Shown: positions 32,408 through 41,340 of the stretch, piece after piece
Position numbering within the stretch: position 1 is the first letter of the stretch
Layout of the letters: every line of letters starts with the position of its first letter
Assembly: GCA_001871015.1 (NCBI GenBank)
Contig: MNUO01000046.1
Span: forward strand, 1 to 53,917
Reading direction: 5' to 3'
Origin: Candidatus Desantisbacteria bacterium CG1_02_38_46
GTDB taxonomy: Bacteria > Desantisbacteria > UBA1551 > UBA1559
DNA length: 53,917 bases
Notes under the pieces: generated by a model
Seen by the model: the letters and a program-made list of their open reading frames with translations, nothing else
What the model was told of the DNA's origin: nothing
The model's database searches: none
Translations under genes and position numbers: made by a program

Positions 32408-32905
32408 TTTCCTTCTTTGTAGCAGTACACTTAACAACTCTCTAATCGGTTCCTCAAACAAACAAACCAACTTTAAAATAGGAAACTGCATAACTGTAAG
32501 TAATTTCGACAACAGAGCTTCCCGGCCGGGTAATTTAGCAATTGACTCTATTGCACTTGCATCCAGAAGTTTTTTGTTCAATAGACCACCCTTGATTTTT
32601 AATCCCTCGTGCTCTTTTGCAAAATTAGCCAGAAGCCTTGAAGGAGCAATCTCATCTTGCATACAAAATGCAATAGCTGTTGGACCGGTAAGGTATGCAT
32701 CAATTCCTTCAATACCAAATTTTTTAAAAAGAATTGAGGAAAGGGTGTTTTTTATTACCCTGAACTCAACTGCCCTGTGTTTCAATTCTCTCCTCAAAAG
32801 ACTAATCTCGCTGACATTTAGTCCTCTATAGTCAGCAAATATCAAATACCTGGCATCGGCAAATTTCTGGGTTTCAGAAAGAATAGATTCATTTTTACTC
32901 TTCAT
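32393..32905 (-). CDS. rplJ: 50S ribosomal protein L10
   Basis: FADYRGLNVSEISLLRRELK ... VIKNTL, at the expected position upstream of rplL. Confidence 0.92.
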   Translation of the reverse strand: MKSKNESILSETQKFADARYLIFADYRGLNVSEISLLRRELKHRAVEFRVIKNTLSSILFKKFGIEGIDAYLTGPTAIAFCMQDEIAPSRLLANFAKEHEGLKIKGGLLNKKLLDASAIESIAKLPGREALLSKLLTVMQFPILKLVCLFEEPIRELLSVLLQRRKKGDR

Positions 32906-33575
32906 TCCTCATACTCCTGGGTTCAATTTTTATTCTGGGACCCATCGTGGAAGTAAGTATTATACTCTTAAATTCGGCCAGAGGTTTTAATTTCATAATC
33001 GCATCAAATACTACTTTAGAGTTTTCCTTCAATTGTTCAGGAGAGTGGGAACGTTTACCAATGCTTACCTGGATAATTCCTGCTTCATCCATTTTAATTT
33101 CCCTGCGTCCACCTTTTATTTCCTTTATTATACGTGGTAAATCAGAAGTTACAGTTTCATTCTTGGGATTAGGCATCAGTCCTTTAGGACCCAAAATACG
33201 ACCTAACTTTGTAACTATCGGCATCGTTTCTGGTGTGGCGAGAACTACATCAAAATCAACCCATCCACCTGTTATTTTTTCTGCCAGATCCTCAGCTCCA
33301 ACAAAATCCGCTCCTGATTCTTGAGCTTCCTTTACCTTTTCACCTTTTGCAAATACGAGAATTTTCTTAAGGCTTCCAAATTGATGAGGGAATGAAATTG
33401 TTGTCCTCAACACTTCTTTTTGTTTCCCAGTTACCAATCTTAAGCTCAAATCTACAGTTTCATCAAACTTCACATGGGGCATATCTTTAGTTAACCCCAG
33501 GGCTTCATCAAAAGGATATAATTTTTTTGAATCAACCATCTCTTTGATTTTCCTGTATCTCTTACCTCTTTTCAT
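32895..33575 (-). CDS. rplA: 50S ribosomal protein L1
   Basis: MKRGKRYRKIKE ... FDETVDLSLRL ... VFAKGEKVKEAQESGADFVGAEDL ... LGPKGLMPNPK. Confidence 0.95.
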   Translation of the reverse strand: MKRGKRYRKIKEMVDSKKLYPFDEALGLTKDMPHVKFDETVDLSLRLVTGKQKEVLRTTISFPHQFGSLKKILVFAKGEKVKEAQESGADFVGAEDLAEKITGGWVDFDVVLATPETMPIVTKLGRILGPKGLMPNPKNETVTSDLPRIIKEIKGGRREIKMDEAGIIQVSIGKRSHSPEQLKENSKVVFDAIMKLKPLAEFKSIILTSTMGPRIKIEPRSMRNEE

Positions 33576-33590
33576 CGTTTAACCTTTCCA

Positions 33591-34016
33591 TTAGTCTTCT
33601 ATTTCAATACCCATACTTAAAGCAGTCCCCTCTATCACCGCTATGGCTTTTTCCAGATTGTCTGTATTAAGATCTACCATTTTAAGATTTGCAATCTCTA
33701 TAATTTTTTCCTTTGAAATTTTTGCCACCTTTGTTTTGTTTGGCTCTCCTGACCCTTTTTCTATACCAGTTGCTTTCTTTAAAAGTTCTGCTGCGGGTGA
33801 TTTTTTAGTAATAAAAGTAAATGTTTTATCCTGATAGATGCTTATTACTACAGGCAGAATCATTCCTTCCTGGTCCACAGTCTTTTCATTAAAAGCCTTA
33901 CAGAATTCTATAATGTTCACCCCGCATTGTCCCAGCGCCGGCCCAATTGGAGGTGCAGGGTTGGCCTTTCCTGCAGGAATCTGTAATTTTATCGTCTTAA
34001 CTAACTTCTTCGCCAT
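33591..34016 (-). CDS. rplK: 50S ribosomal protein L11
   Basis: [36 protein letters not shown]. Confidence 0.96.
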   Translation of the reverse strand: MAKKLVKTIKLQIPAGKANPAPPIGPALGQCGVNIIEFCKAFNEKTVDQEGMILPVVISIYQDKTFTFITKKSPAAELLKKATGIEKGSGEPNKTKVAKISKEKIIEIANLKMVDLNTDNLEKAIAVIEGTALSMGIEIED

Positions 34017-34035
34017 TCTTTTTCCCTTTTTAAAA

Positions 34036-34566
34036 TCATAACTTTTGAACTTGTGAAAATTCTAACTCTACGGGAGTTGCCCTTCCAAATATTGTTACCA
34101 GAACTTTAACTTTCCCGCGTGATGGACTCACATCCTCAACTACTCCGGTGAAATTGGCAAAAGGTCCTTCTGTAATTCTAACTGTCTCATCCTTCTCAAA
34201 CTTAAACCTCATTACTGGTTGAACAGCAATTCTTTCTTTTCTCTTCAAAATATTTTCAACCTCTGCGGGCATCAGTGACATTGGCCGTTTGCCCGGTCCA
34301 ACAAAACCTGTGATGCCTGGAGTACTTTTCACCACATGCCAGGTTTTTGTATCCATTTCCATCTCTATGAGGAGATAACCCGGATACACTTTTCTTTCGG
34401 AGATTGTTTTCTTCTTACCCTTTATGTCCATAACTTCTTCTGTCGGAATAACTATCTGTATAATTTTATCTTTCAGATTCCTTGATTTACATTTATTCTC
34501 TAAAGCCCCTTTGACTTTTTCCTCATATCCCGAATAAGTATGGATAACGAACCATCCTTTAGCCAT
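34036..34566 (-). CDS. nusG: Transcription termination/antitermination factor NusG
   Basis: [15 protein letters not shown] ... YPGYLLIEM ... GFVG ... KOW region [18 protein letters not shown]. Confidence 0.95.
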   Translation of the reverse strand: MAKGWFVIHTYSGYEEKVKGALENKCKSRNLKDKIIQIVIPTEEVMDIKGKKKTISERKVYPGYLLIEMEMDTKTWHVVKSTPGITGFVGPGKRPMSLMPAEVENILKRKERIAVQPVMRFKFEKDETVRITEGPFANFTGVVEDVSPSRGKVKVLVTIFGRATPVELEFSQVQKL

Positions 34567-34584
34567 TTTATTTTGACATTCTAT

Positions 34585-34626
34585 CGACTCCGCCCCCGAG
34601 AAACAAGGTTCTCGAAGAGGTTCTTA
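34585..34626 (-). repeat. Post-stop-codon repeat element, copy C (after secE)
   Basis: Minus strand reads TAAGAACCTCTTCGAGAACCTTGTTTCTCGGGGGCGGAGTCG and contains the hairpin CGAGAA-CCTTGT-TTCTCG. Confidence 0.75.
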
Positions 34627-34821
34627 TCTGATAATTAAACTGATTAATTTTGAAAAAACAAAATCCAGCAAGCCTATAAAAATAGCAACGAGCAGTGCCG
34701 TAACGATTACTACTGTTGTAGAAGCAATGAGTTCTTTTCGATTAGGCCAGACAACCTTTCTTGCTTCAATATTCACTTCGCCAAGAAACTGTCTGAAACG
34801 GTTGATTATATTCTGCTTCAT
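34624..34821 (-). CDS. secE: Preprotein translocase SecE
   Basis: 65 aa with a single C-terminal TM helix and FLGEVNIEARKVVWPNRKEL, at the position upstream of nusG. Confidence 0.9.
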   Translation of the reverse strand: MKQNIINRFRQFLGEVNIEARKVVWPNRKELIASTTVVIVTALLVAIFIGLLDFVFSKLISLIIR

Positions 34822-34856
34822 AGTTTGACTTCGCTCACTATTTTCAATTTTTAATC

Positions 34857-34927
34857 CGGGACTGGGGTGATTCGAACACCCAAAAACGGTTTTGGAGACC
34901 GTCAGTTTACCATTAGCTTACAGTCCC
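34857..34927 (-). tRNA. tRNA-Trp (CCA), no encoded CCA tail
   Basis: Reverse complement is GGGACTGTAAGCTAATGGTAAACTGACGGTCTCCAAAACCGTTTTTGGGTGTTCGAATCACCCCAGTCCCG. Anticodon loop is CTCCAAA. The D-stem has one mismatch. Confidence 0.85.
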
Positions 34928-34954
34928 CTCATTTTGACCTACCCTTTGAGGTTC

Positions 34955-35101
34955 TTACTTTTCTTTATGGAGAGTATGCTTTCTGCAAAATCGACAATAT
35001 TTCTTCATTTCCAATTTTTTAGTTTTCTTTTTCTTGTTCCTGGTAGTTGTATAATTCTGCCTCTTGCATTCATCGCAAGCAAGCGTGATTATTTCTCTCA
35101 T
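34955..35101 (-). CDS. rpmG: 50S ribosomal protein L33 (zinc form)
   Basis: [47 protein letters not shown], from the internal ATG 35099-35101. Confidence 0.92.
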   Translation of the reverse strand: MREIITLACDECKRQNYTTTRNKKKKTKKLEMKKYCRFCRKHTLHKEK

Positions 35102-35151
35102 TATTATATCCTTTATATTATATAGGTAGGAAAAGATGCCCAAAACTTAAT

Positions 35152-35179
35152 ATTATATCATAAAATTTTAATTTGTCAA
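35152..35179 (-). promoter_or_regulatory. Sigma-70-type promoter upstream of rpmG
   Basis: Minus strand has TTGACA (35174-35179), a 16-nt spacer and TATAAT (35152-35157). Confidence 0.6.
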
Positions 35180-35222
35180 TACCCCCTTGCATTTTTTTTG
35201 ATTTTTAGGTAAAAGACTGGAA

Positions 35223-35296
<74 letters not shown>

Positions 35297-35310
35297 AAAA
35301 TTTAGTAAAA

Positions 35311-35386
35311 TGGAGCGGGAGACGGGATTCGAACCCGCGACCCTCGGCTTGGAAGGCTGATGCTCTACCGACTGAGCTACTCCCGC
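35311..35386 (-). tRNA. tRNA-Gly (UCC), CCA encoded
   Basis: Reverse complement is GCGGGAGTAGCTCAGTCGGTAGAGCATCAGCCTTCCAAGCCGAGGGTCGCGGGTTCGAATCCCGTCTCCCGCTCCA. Confidence 0.9.
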
Positions 35387-35405
35387 TACTACTTGGTTCT
35401 AAAAA

Positions 35406-35490
35406 TGGGGAGAGAAGGATTCGAACCTTCGAAAGCACTACGGCTAACGGGTTTACAGCCCGTTCCCTTTAACCGCTCGGGCACCTCCCC
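35406..35490 (-). tRNA. tRNA-Tyr (GUA) with long variable arm
   Basis: Reverse complement is GGGGAGGTGCCCGAGCGGTTAAAGGGAACGGGCTGTAAACCCGTTAGCCGTAGTGCTTTCGAAGGTTCGAATCCTTCTCTCCCCA. Confidence 0.9.
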
Positions 35491-35502
35491 AATGAAAAAT
35501 AT

Positions 35503-35531
35503 ATCTTATCACAATTTTAAGGAAATGTCAA
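35503..35531 (-). promoter_or_regulatory. Sigma-70-type promoter for the tRNA-Tyr/Gly/Thr cluster
   Basis: TTGACA (35526-35531), a 17-nt spacer and TAAGAT (35503-35508). The spacer AAAATTGTGA resembles those of the rRNA and IS promoters. Confidence 0.55.
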
Positions 35532-35544
35532 ATTTCTTTTTTCT

Positions 35545-35835
35545 TCACTTTTTGCCTCTATAAGCACTGGCTCGATCATCTGCGGCTATCATAAGTACTA
35601 TTTTCTTGTGTTTGTCAATTTCATAAAAAAACCGCCAGTCGCCTATTCGATATCTCCACATATCGTATTTGTAATTTGTAAGTTTTACTATATGTGGGCC
35701 GAAATAAGGTTGCTGCTTTAATTGAGGGTAAACATAGTCCTTAAGCTTAGCCCTTATTTTTTCCTGCCGCCCTCTAAAATCTTGTTCCAGGTCCTCCAGA
35801 AACCCTTTAGTTTCGAATATTTTATATTCGTTCAT
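35545..35835 (-). CDS. RelE/ParE-family type II toxin
   Basis: 96 aa. KLTNYKYDMWRYRIGDWRFFYEIDKHKKIVLMIAADDR matches the RelE/ParE C-terminal pattern. It overlaps the upstream antitoxin by 4 nt. Confidence 0.8.
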   Translation of the reverse strand: MNEYKIFETKGFLEDLEQDFRGRQEKIRAKLKDYVYPQLKQQPYFGPHIVKLTNYKYDMWRYRIGDWRFFYEIDKHKKIVLMIAADDRASAYRGKK

Positions 35836-36071
35836 ACAAATTTGCCTTTTAGGACTTTTGCTTGTCTGTGTCCTCTTTCCAGTTTCCTCATTAGACTTTT
35901 ATTGGCTTTTATCTCGGCCATTTCAGCTGGGTCGATAAAAGTAGATTCTTCAATTTGTCTTAAAGCCATTGTCTCGATAAAATTAGATATTGGGCGATTG
36001 TCTAATTTAGCCCCGATTGCAAATTCTTCATAAACTTCTTCCCTAAGTCTTAAAGTAATTGTTTTTGGCAT
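35832..36071 (-). CDS. Ribbon-helix-helix (CopG-like) antitoxin
   Basis: MPKTITLRLREEVYEEFAIGAKLDNRPISNFIETMAL is a beta-strand plus two-helix RHH pattern. ATG 36069-36071 follows GAAGGAGG. Confidence 0.7.
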   Translation of the reverse strand: MPKTITLRLREEVYEEFAIGAKLDNRPISNFIETMALRQIEESTFIDPAEMAEIKANKSLMRKLERGHRQAKVLKGKFV

Positions 36072-36103
36072 AATAACTACCTCCTTCAATTTGTTTCATA
36101 TAT

Positions 36104-36132
36104 ATTCTAACATATTCTTTTCTATTTGTCAA
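36104..36132 (-). promoter_or_regulatory. Sigma-70-type promoter of the toxin-antitoxin operon
   Basis: TTGACA (36127-36132), a 17-nt spacer and TAGAAT (36104-36109). Confidence 0.6.
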
Positions 36133-36187
36133 GTTTTGGTGCATTTTTACACCAGAAACCCATTTTAAATTGTTTAAGAGCGAAGTC

Positions 36188-36263
36188 TGGAGCTGGCGAC
36201 CCGATTTGAACGGGTGACCTGAGGTTTACAAAACCCCTGCTCTGGCCACTGAGCTACGCCAGC
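36188..36263 (-). tRNA. tRNA-Thr (UGU), CCA encoded
   Basis: Reverse complement is GCTGGCGTAGCTCAGTGGCCAGAGCAGGGGTTTTGTAAACCTCAGGTCACCCGTTCAAATCGGGTCGCCAGCTCCA, with loop TTTGTAA. Confidence 0.9.
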
Positions 36264-36268
36264 ATCAT

Positions 36269-38300
<2,032 letters not shown>

Positions 38301-38420
38301 TTCAATCTCCTGACACCTATTTTTGACACGGCATCATTGCTGTACTGTTTATCCCTCAGCCACTTAAGGTTTCTTAACTTCAAGGCCCTCCTGTTGAAGT
38401 ATTCTATCCTACCATAAATT

Positions 38421-38448
38421 ATTATACTACAAAATCTTAATTTATCAA
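38421..38448 (-). promoter_or_regulatory. Sigma-70-type promoter for the lipoate-ligase-like/purA unit
   Basis: TTGATA (38443-38448), a 16-nt spacer and TATAAT (38421-38426). It implies a 5' UTR of about 115 nt. Confidence 0.5.
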
Positions 38449-38454
38449 GAAAAA

Positions 38455-38562
38455 TCAGACCTGAAGGTCTGAGTTACGTAACTCAGGACTTTAGTCCTGA
38501 ACTAATCAAACCTGAAGGTTTGAGCTACAACATACAGATGTAACTCAGGACTTTAGTCCTGA
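38455..38562. repeat. Cluster of four REP-like palindromic units (two canonical, two compensated variants)
   Basis: TCAGACCTGAAGGTCTGAGTTAC, GTAACTCAGGACTTTAGTCCTGA, TCAAACCTGAAGGTTTGAGCTAC and GTAACTCAGGACTTTAGTCCTGA. The block is flanked by the 15-nt direct repeat TATCAAGAAAAATCA (38443-38457 and 38598-38612). Confidence 0.9.
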
Positions 38563-38703
38563 AGGTTGTGGATAACTTTTGGTATAATTTCCTTAGCTAT
38601 CAAGAAAAATCACCGATTTTTTTTCGCATTTTGGTGTCGCATTTTGGTTGCTTGAATCCTGTGGGGTTAACTAAGTGGTCTATTTCATAAATTCTGTTAC
38701 GTA

Positions 38704-39665
38704 TTATGCATAAGCATATGAAGTTTCTTGTATTTCACTCCGAAACGGAAATTCTTCGGTGTTTGAATCTTGGGAAATTGTAGGTTGATATTGTTCGATG
38801 ACATGGTCACTAATAAGTTTGATTCTTTCTTTGAGGTCTTGACGATTAAATTTCCATTTGAAAGGATGGGCTATCTCTTGGTATCGAAATTGAAAATCCA
38901 ATAGACGTTTTTCAACCATCCCAAGACCCGATGGAAAATCATTGGGAGTTAGAACTTTTCTCTGAACAATAGCAAAGTAGATTTCAATTTGGTTAAGCCA
39001 GCTGGCATGGACGGGTAAATGGACAGCAATGGCATTTGGCCATTTCTTTTGGAGACGTTCAACAAAGGGCTGTCCTCGATGAGAAGAACCATTGTCTACA
39101 ATCCAGAAGACCCTCTTGGCTGTGTTATAGGGTGCTTGCGACATCACCTGGTCCACCAGTCGGTCAAATGGTTCAATTCCACTTTTAGCTTCGCAACGAC
39201 CAAAGATTTTTGCCCTGTGAACATCCCAGGCAGCAAGGTAAGTCCATGCTCCACCACGAGTATACTCATGTTCTACTTTCATCGGTTTTCCCGAAGATGG
39301 AGGAGTAGTAGAATGTTTACGAATTCTGGCTTGGATACTGGTCTTTTCATCAGCACAGATGCTATAATCATCTGGTCCCAGAGGATTACCTTCCCATTGC
39401 CTGGCATAAAGATCGAGTACTTTCCCAGATTTTTCAATAAACTGGGTATCTCTGGGGTAAATCCAGGAGCGGTGGAACCAGGGGCGGATGGCATCTTCAT
39501 GCAGCCATCGCCAAACGCTGGAATCGCTTACTGAGGGAACAATGGCAGCAGAAATTACCTCTCGGACAATCTCGGTAATACTGAACCGGCTTAATGGAAT
39601 ACCGCGTTCTGCAGGGAGTTGGCAGGCAAGTGCTTTTATCTGTGCTATTTCTTCAGGAAAAAAAA
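38704..39665 (-). CDS. IS630-family transposase, DDE catalytic part (orfB frame)
   Basis: ICADEKTSIQAR ... WIVDNGSSH ... HLPVHASWLNQIEIYFAIVQRKVL fits a DD(35)E-type pattern. The frame opens at the T9 run. Confidence 0.8.
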
Positions 39666-39928
39666 ATGAACGGGCGGCCGGTTCTGGATTCATCCACAAG
39701 CCCCTGGTCTCGCTTATAGAAAAAGCGCTTGCGCCACTTACTGACAGTTTTTCTTGGAAGATTAAGTCTTTGACCAATTTCCTTGTTCTCCATGCCCTCT
39801 GCAGCCAGCAGGATTACTTGTGCTCTAATTACATCTTTATAAGGTGCCGTATATTTTCTGGCCAAGGAGGTTAGGTGATCTCGCTCTTCGTCAGTCAGAC
39901 TAATTTCAAATGGACTTTCTCTCGGCAT
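39653..39928 (-). CDS. IS630-family transposase, N-terminal HTH part (orfA frame)
   Basis: EERDHLTSLARKYTAPYKDVIRAQVILLAAEGMENKEIGQRLNLPRKTVSKWRKRF. It terminates just after the T9 run at 39658-39666. Confidence 0.8.
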   Translation of the reverse strand: MPRESPFEISLTDEERDHLTSLARKYTAPYKDVIRAQVILLAAEGMENKEIGQRLNLPRKTVSKWRKRFFYKRDQGLVDESRTGRPFIFFS

Positions 39929-40035
39929 AATATCCCCCTTTCTTCTTACAGGAGATATTATATCACAATTTTAGGAAAAAGTCAAGAAAAAATACGAAAC
40001 CTTACTTATGAAAATGGGCACTAAGGTTGATGCTG

Positions 40036-41259
40036 CTAAGGCAAAGAGGACAGCCATCTATGTGCAGTTACAATCAGTAATTTATTGTTATCATTTTTTA
40101 TATACTTAAAAACCCCCTCTTTATTTACAAGTTGGACAGCCGGGATATTCAGAATTTTTTGAAATTTCATTAAACTTTTTGCAGGCTCATCGTCTGAAAG
40201 TTTTGTCTCAATTAATAAAATTGGAACATTGTTATCGGCAATTAAAAAATCAACCTCTTCTTTCTCTTTGTTCCGGATATAATGTAATGTAAATTTTCCA
40301 TACCCATATTCATTCCAGTTATAAATAGCCCTTAGAAACTCAAGGGCTACCATATTTTCAAATTTATAACTTTCGTTTTCAATTTCAGGATAATTAAAAA
40401 GATATATTTTTTTTTCTTTTAAAATCGCTCTTGATATTTTTTTTGTCCAGGGTCCTATTCTGAATGCGAGGTAAAAGACCTCAAACAGTTTTAACCATTC
40501 CCTTACACTCTTAAAAGAAACCTGCAATTCTTGGGCGATATTATTTATTGAAAAAGGACTCCCGATTTTTGAAGACAGGAGAGTAAATAGGAGTTCAATA
40601 TTATCAATATTCTTGATACCATGTATACTTCTTATATCTTCTCGAATAATTTGCGAGGCATAATTTTTTGCCCATTTAATAAAAAAAGTGTCTTTTCCTT
40701 TTACAAAAGGTTCCGGGAAACCACCTATTTTAAAAAGCGTCTGCCAGATTTTCTGCGTGGAGTTTTTATTATTGATATCAAAATTAGCAATAGGGGTTTT
40801 CATAAATTCATTAAAACTTCTTCTGCTGTCATTTAATTCCGCAATAGTAAATGGAAATAAACGAAATTGAAAATATCTGCCCGCAAGGGAATCCCCGCCC
40901 TTTTGATACAAATCCAATCTGCCGCTTCCAGAAACAAGGAATTTATAATCTGATGCAAACTGGTCGTAAATCCCTTTCAAATAATTTTTCCAATGTTTGT
41001 ATTTATGTATTTCATCAAAAATTACAATTGGCGTTGTTTCATCTTGCCTGTTTATATTTTCAAAAAATGCAGGATTTTTAATCAATAATTTTTTATGCTC
41101 AAGGATATCCCAATTAAAATAAACGTTGTTCCTAAATTCTCCTGCTATTTCTTTTGCAAGGGTAGTTTTCCCAACCTGTCTGGGACCAGAAAGAAATATC
41201 ATTTGTTTTTCTGCTGATAATTCCTTCCATAAGTTAATATACATTAATCTTTTTATCAT
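40036..41259 (-). CDS. AAA_14/DUF4143-type ATPase (paralog 1)
   Basis: Walker A is LSGPRQVGKTTLAK and Walker B is IVIFDEIH. The C-terminal EVDFLI...LLIETK region is nuclease-like. Confidence 0.75.
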   Translation of the reverse strand: MIKRLMYINLWKELSAEKQMIFLSGPRQVGKTTLAKEIAGEFRNNVYFNWDILEHKKLLIKNPAFFENINRQDETTPIVIFDEIHKYKHWKNYLKGIYDQFASDYKFLVSGSGRLDLYQKGGDSLAGRYFQFRLFPFTIAELNDSRRSFNEFMKTPIANFDINNKNSTQKIWQTLFKIGGFPEPFVKGKDTFFIKWAKNYASQIIREDIRSIHGIKNIDNIELLFTLLSSKIGSPFSINNIAQELQVSFKSVREWLKLFEVFYLAFRIGPWTKKISRAILKEKKIYLFNYPEIENESYKFENMVALEFLRAIYNWNEYGYGKFTLHYIRNKEKEEVDFLIADNNVPILLIETKLSDDEPAKSLMKFQKILNIPAVQLVNKEGVFKYIKNDNNKLLIVTAHRWLSSLP

Positions 41260-41340
41260 ATGACTATTTTATACCGAAATCTAAAAAAGTCTTGACTTTT
41301 TTAACATTGACTATGAAAAAGTCGTAATATCTAAATTATA

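Larger units (their letters stand above)
38670..40026 (-). mobile_element. IS630-family insertion sequence (~1.36 kb)
   Basis: It holds HTH and DDE transposase ORFs. Imperfect terminal inverted repeats are CTAAGTGGTCTATTTCATAA at 38671 and the reverse complement of 40006-40025, CTTAGTGCCCATTTTCATAA (about 23 of 34 positions match). An internal promoter is TTGACT-17-TATAAT at 39957-39985. Exact ends are uncertain. Confidence 0.7.

Noticed and set aside
4051-34041. Numerous plus-strand ORFs of 60-200 aa antisense to ribosomal, rpoBC, fusA, tuf and secY genes (for example 25449-26045, 19601-20059, 15102-15542, 13618-13998).
   Set aside because: All are embedded antisense in strongly supported minus-strand genes. 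They have Ser/Leu/Phe/Ile-rich, low-complexity translations typical of the antisense frame in AT-rich DNA, and no recognisable motifs or SD sites.
38301-38415. Possible riboswitch in the ~115-nt 5' UTR of the lipoate-ligase-like gene, which contains the hairpin ACTTCAA...TTGAAGT.
   Set aside because: I recognise no known riboswitch consensus. Part of the region (GGTGTCAGG at 38308-38316 on the minus strand) looks like a decayed MITE terminus. It cannot be supported without a covariance-model search.
41260-41340. Plus-strand TTGACT boxes that might be promoters between the GH20-like gene and the ATPase gene.
   Set aside because: No plus-strand gene lies downstream, and no -10 element sits at proper spacing. 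The region is AT-rich, so the boxes are probably fortuitous.
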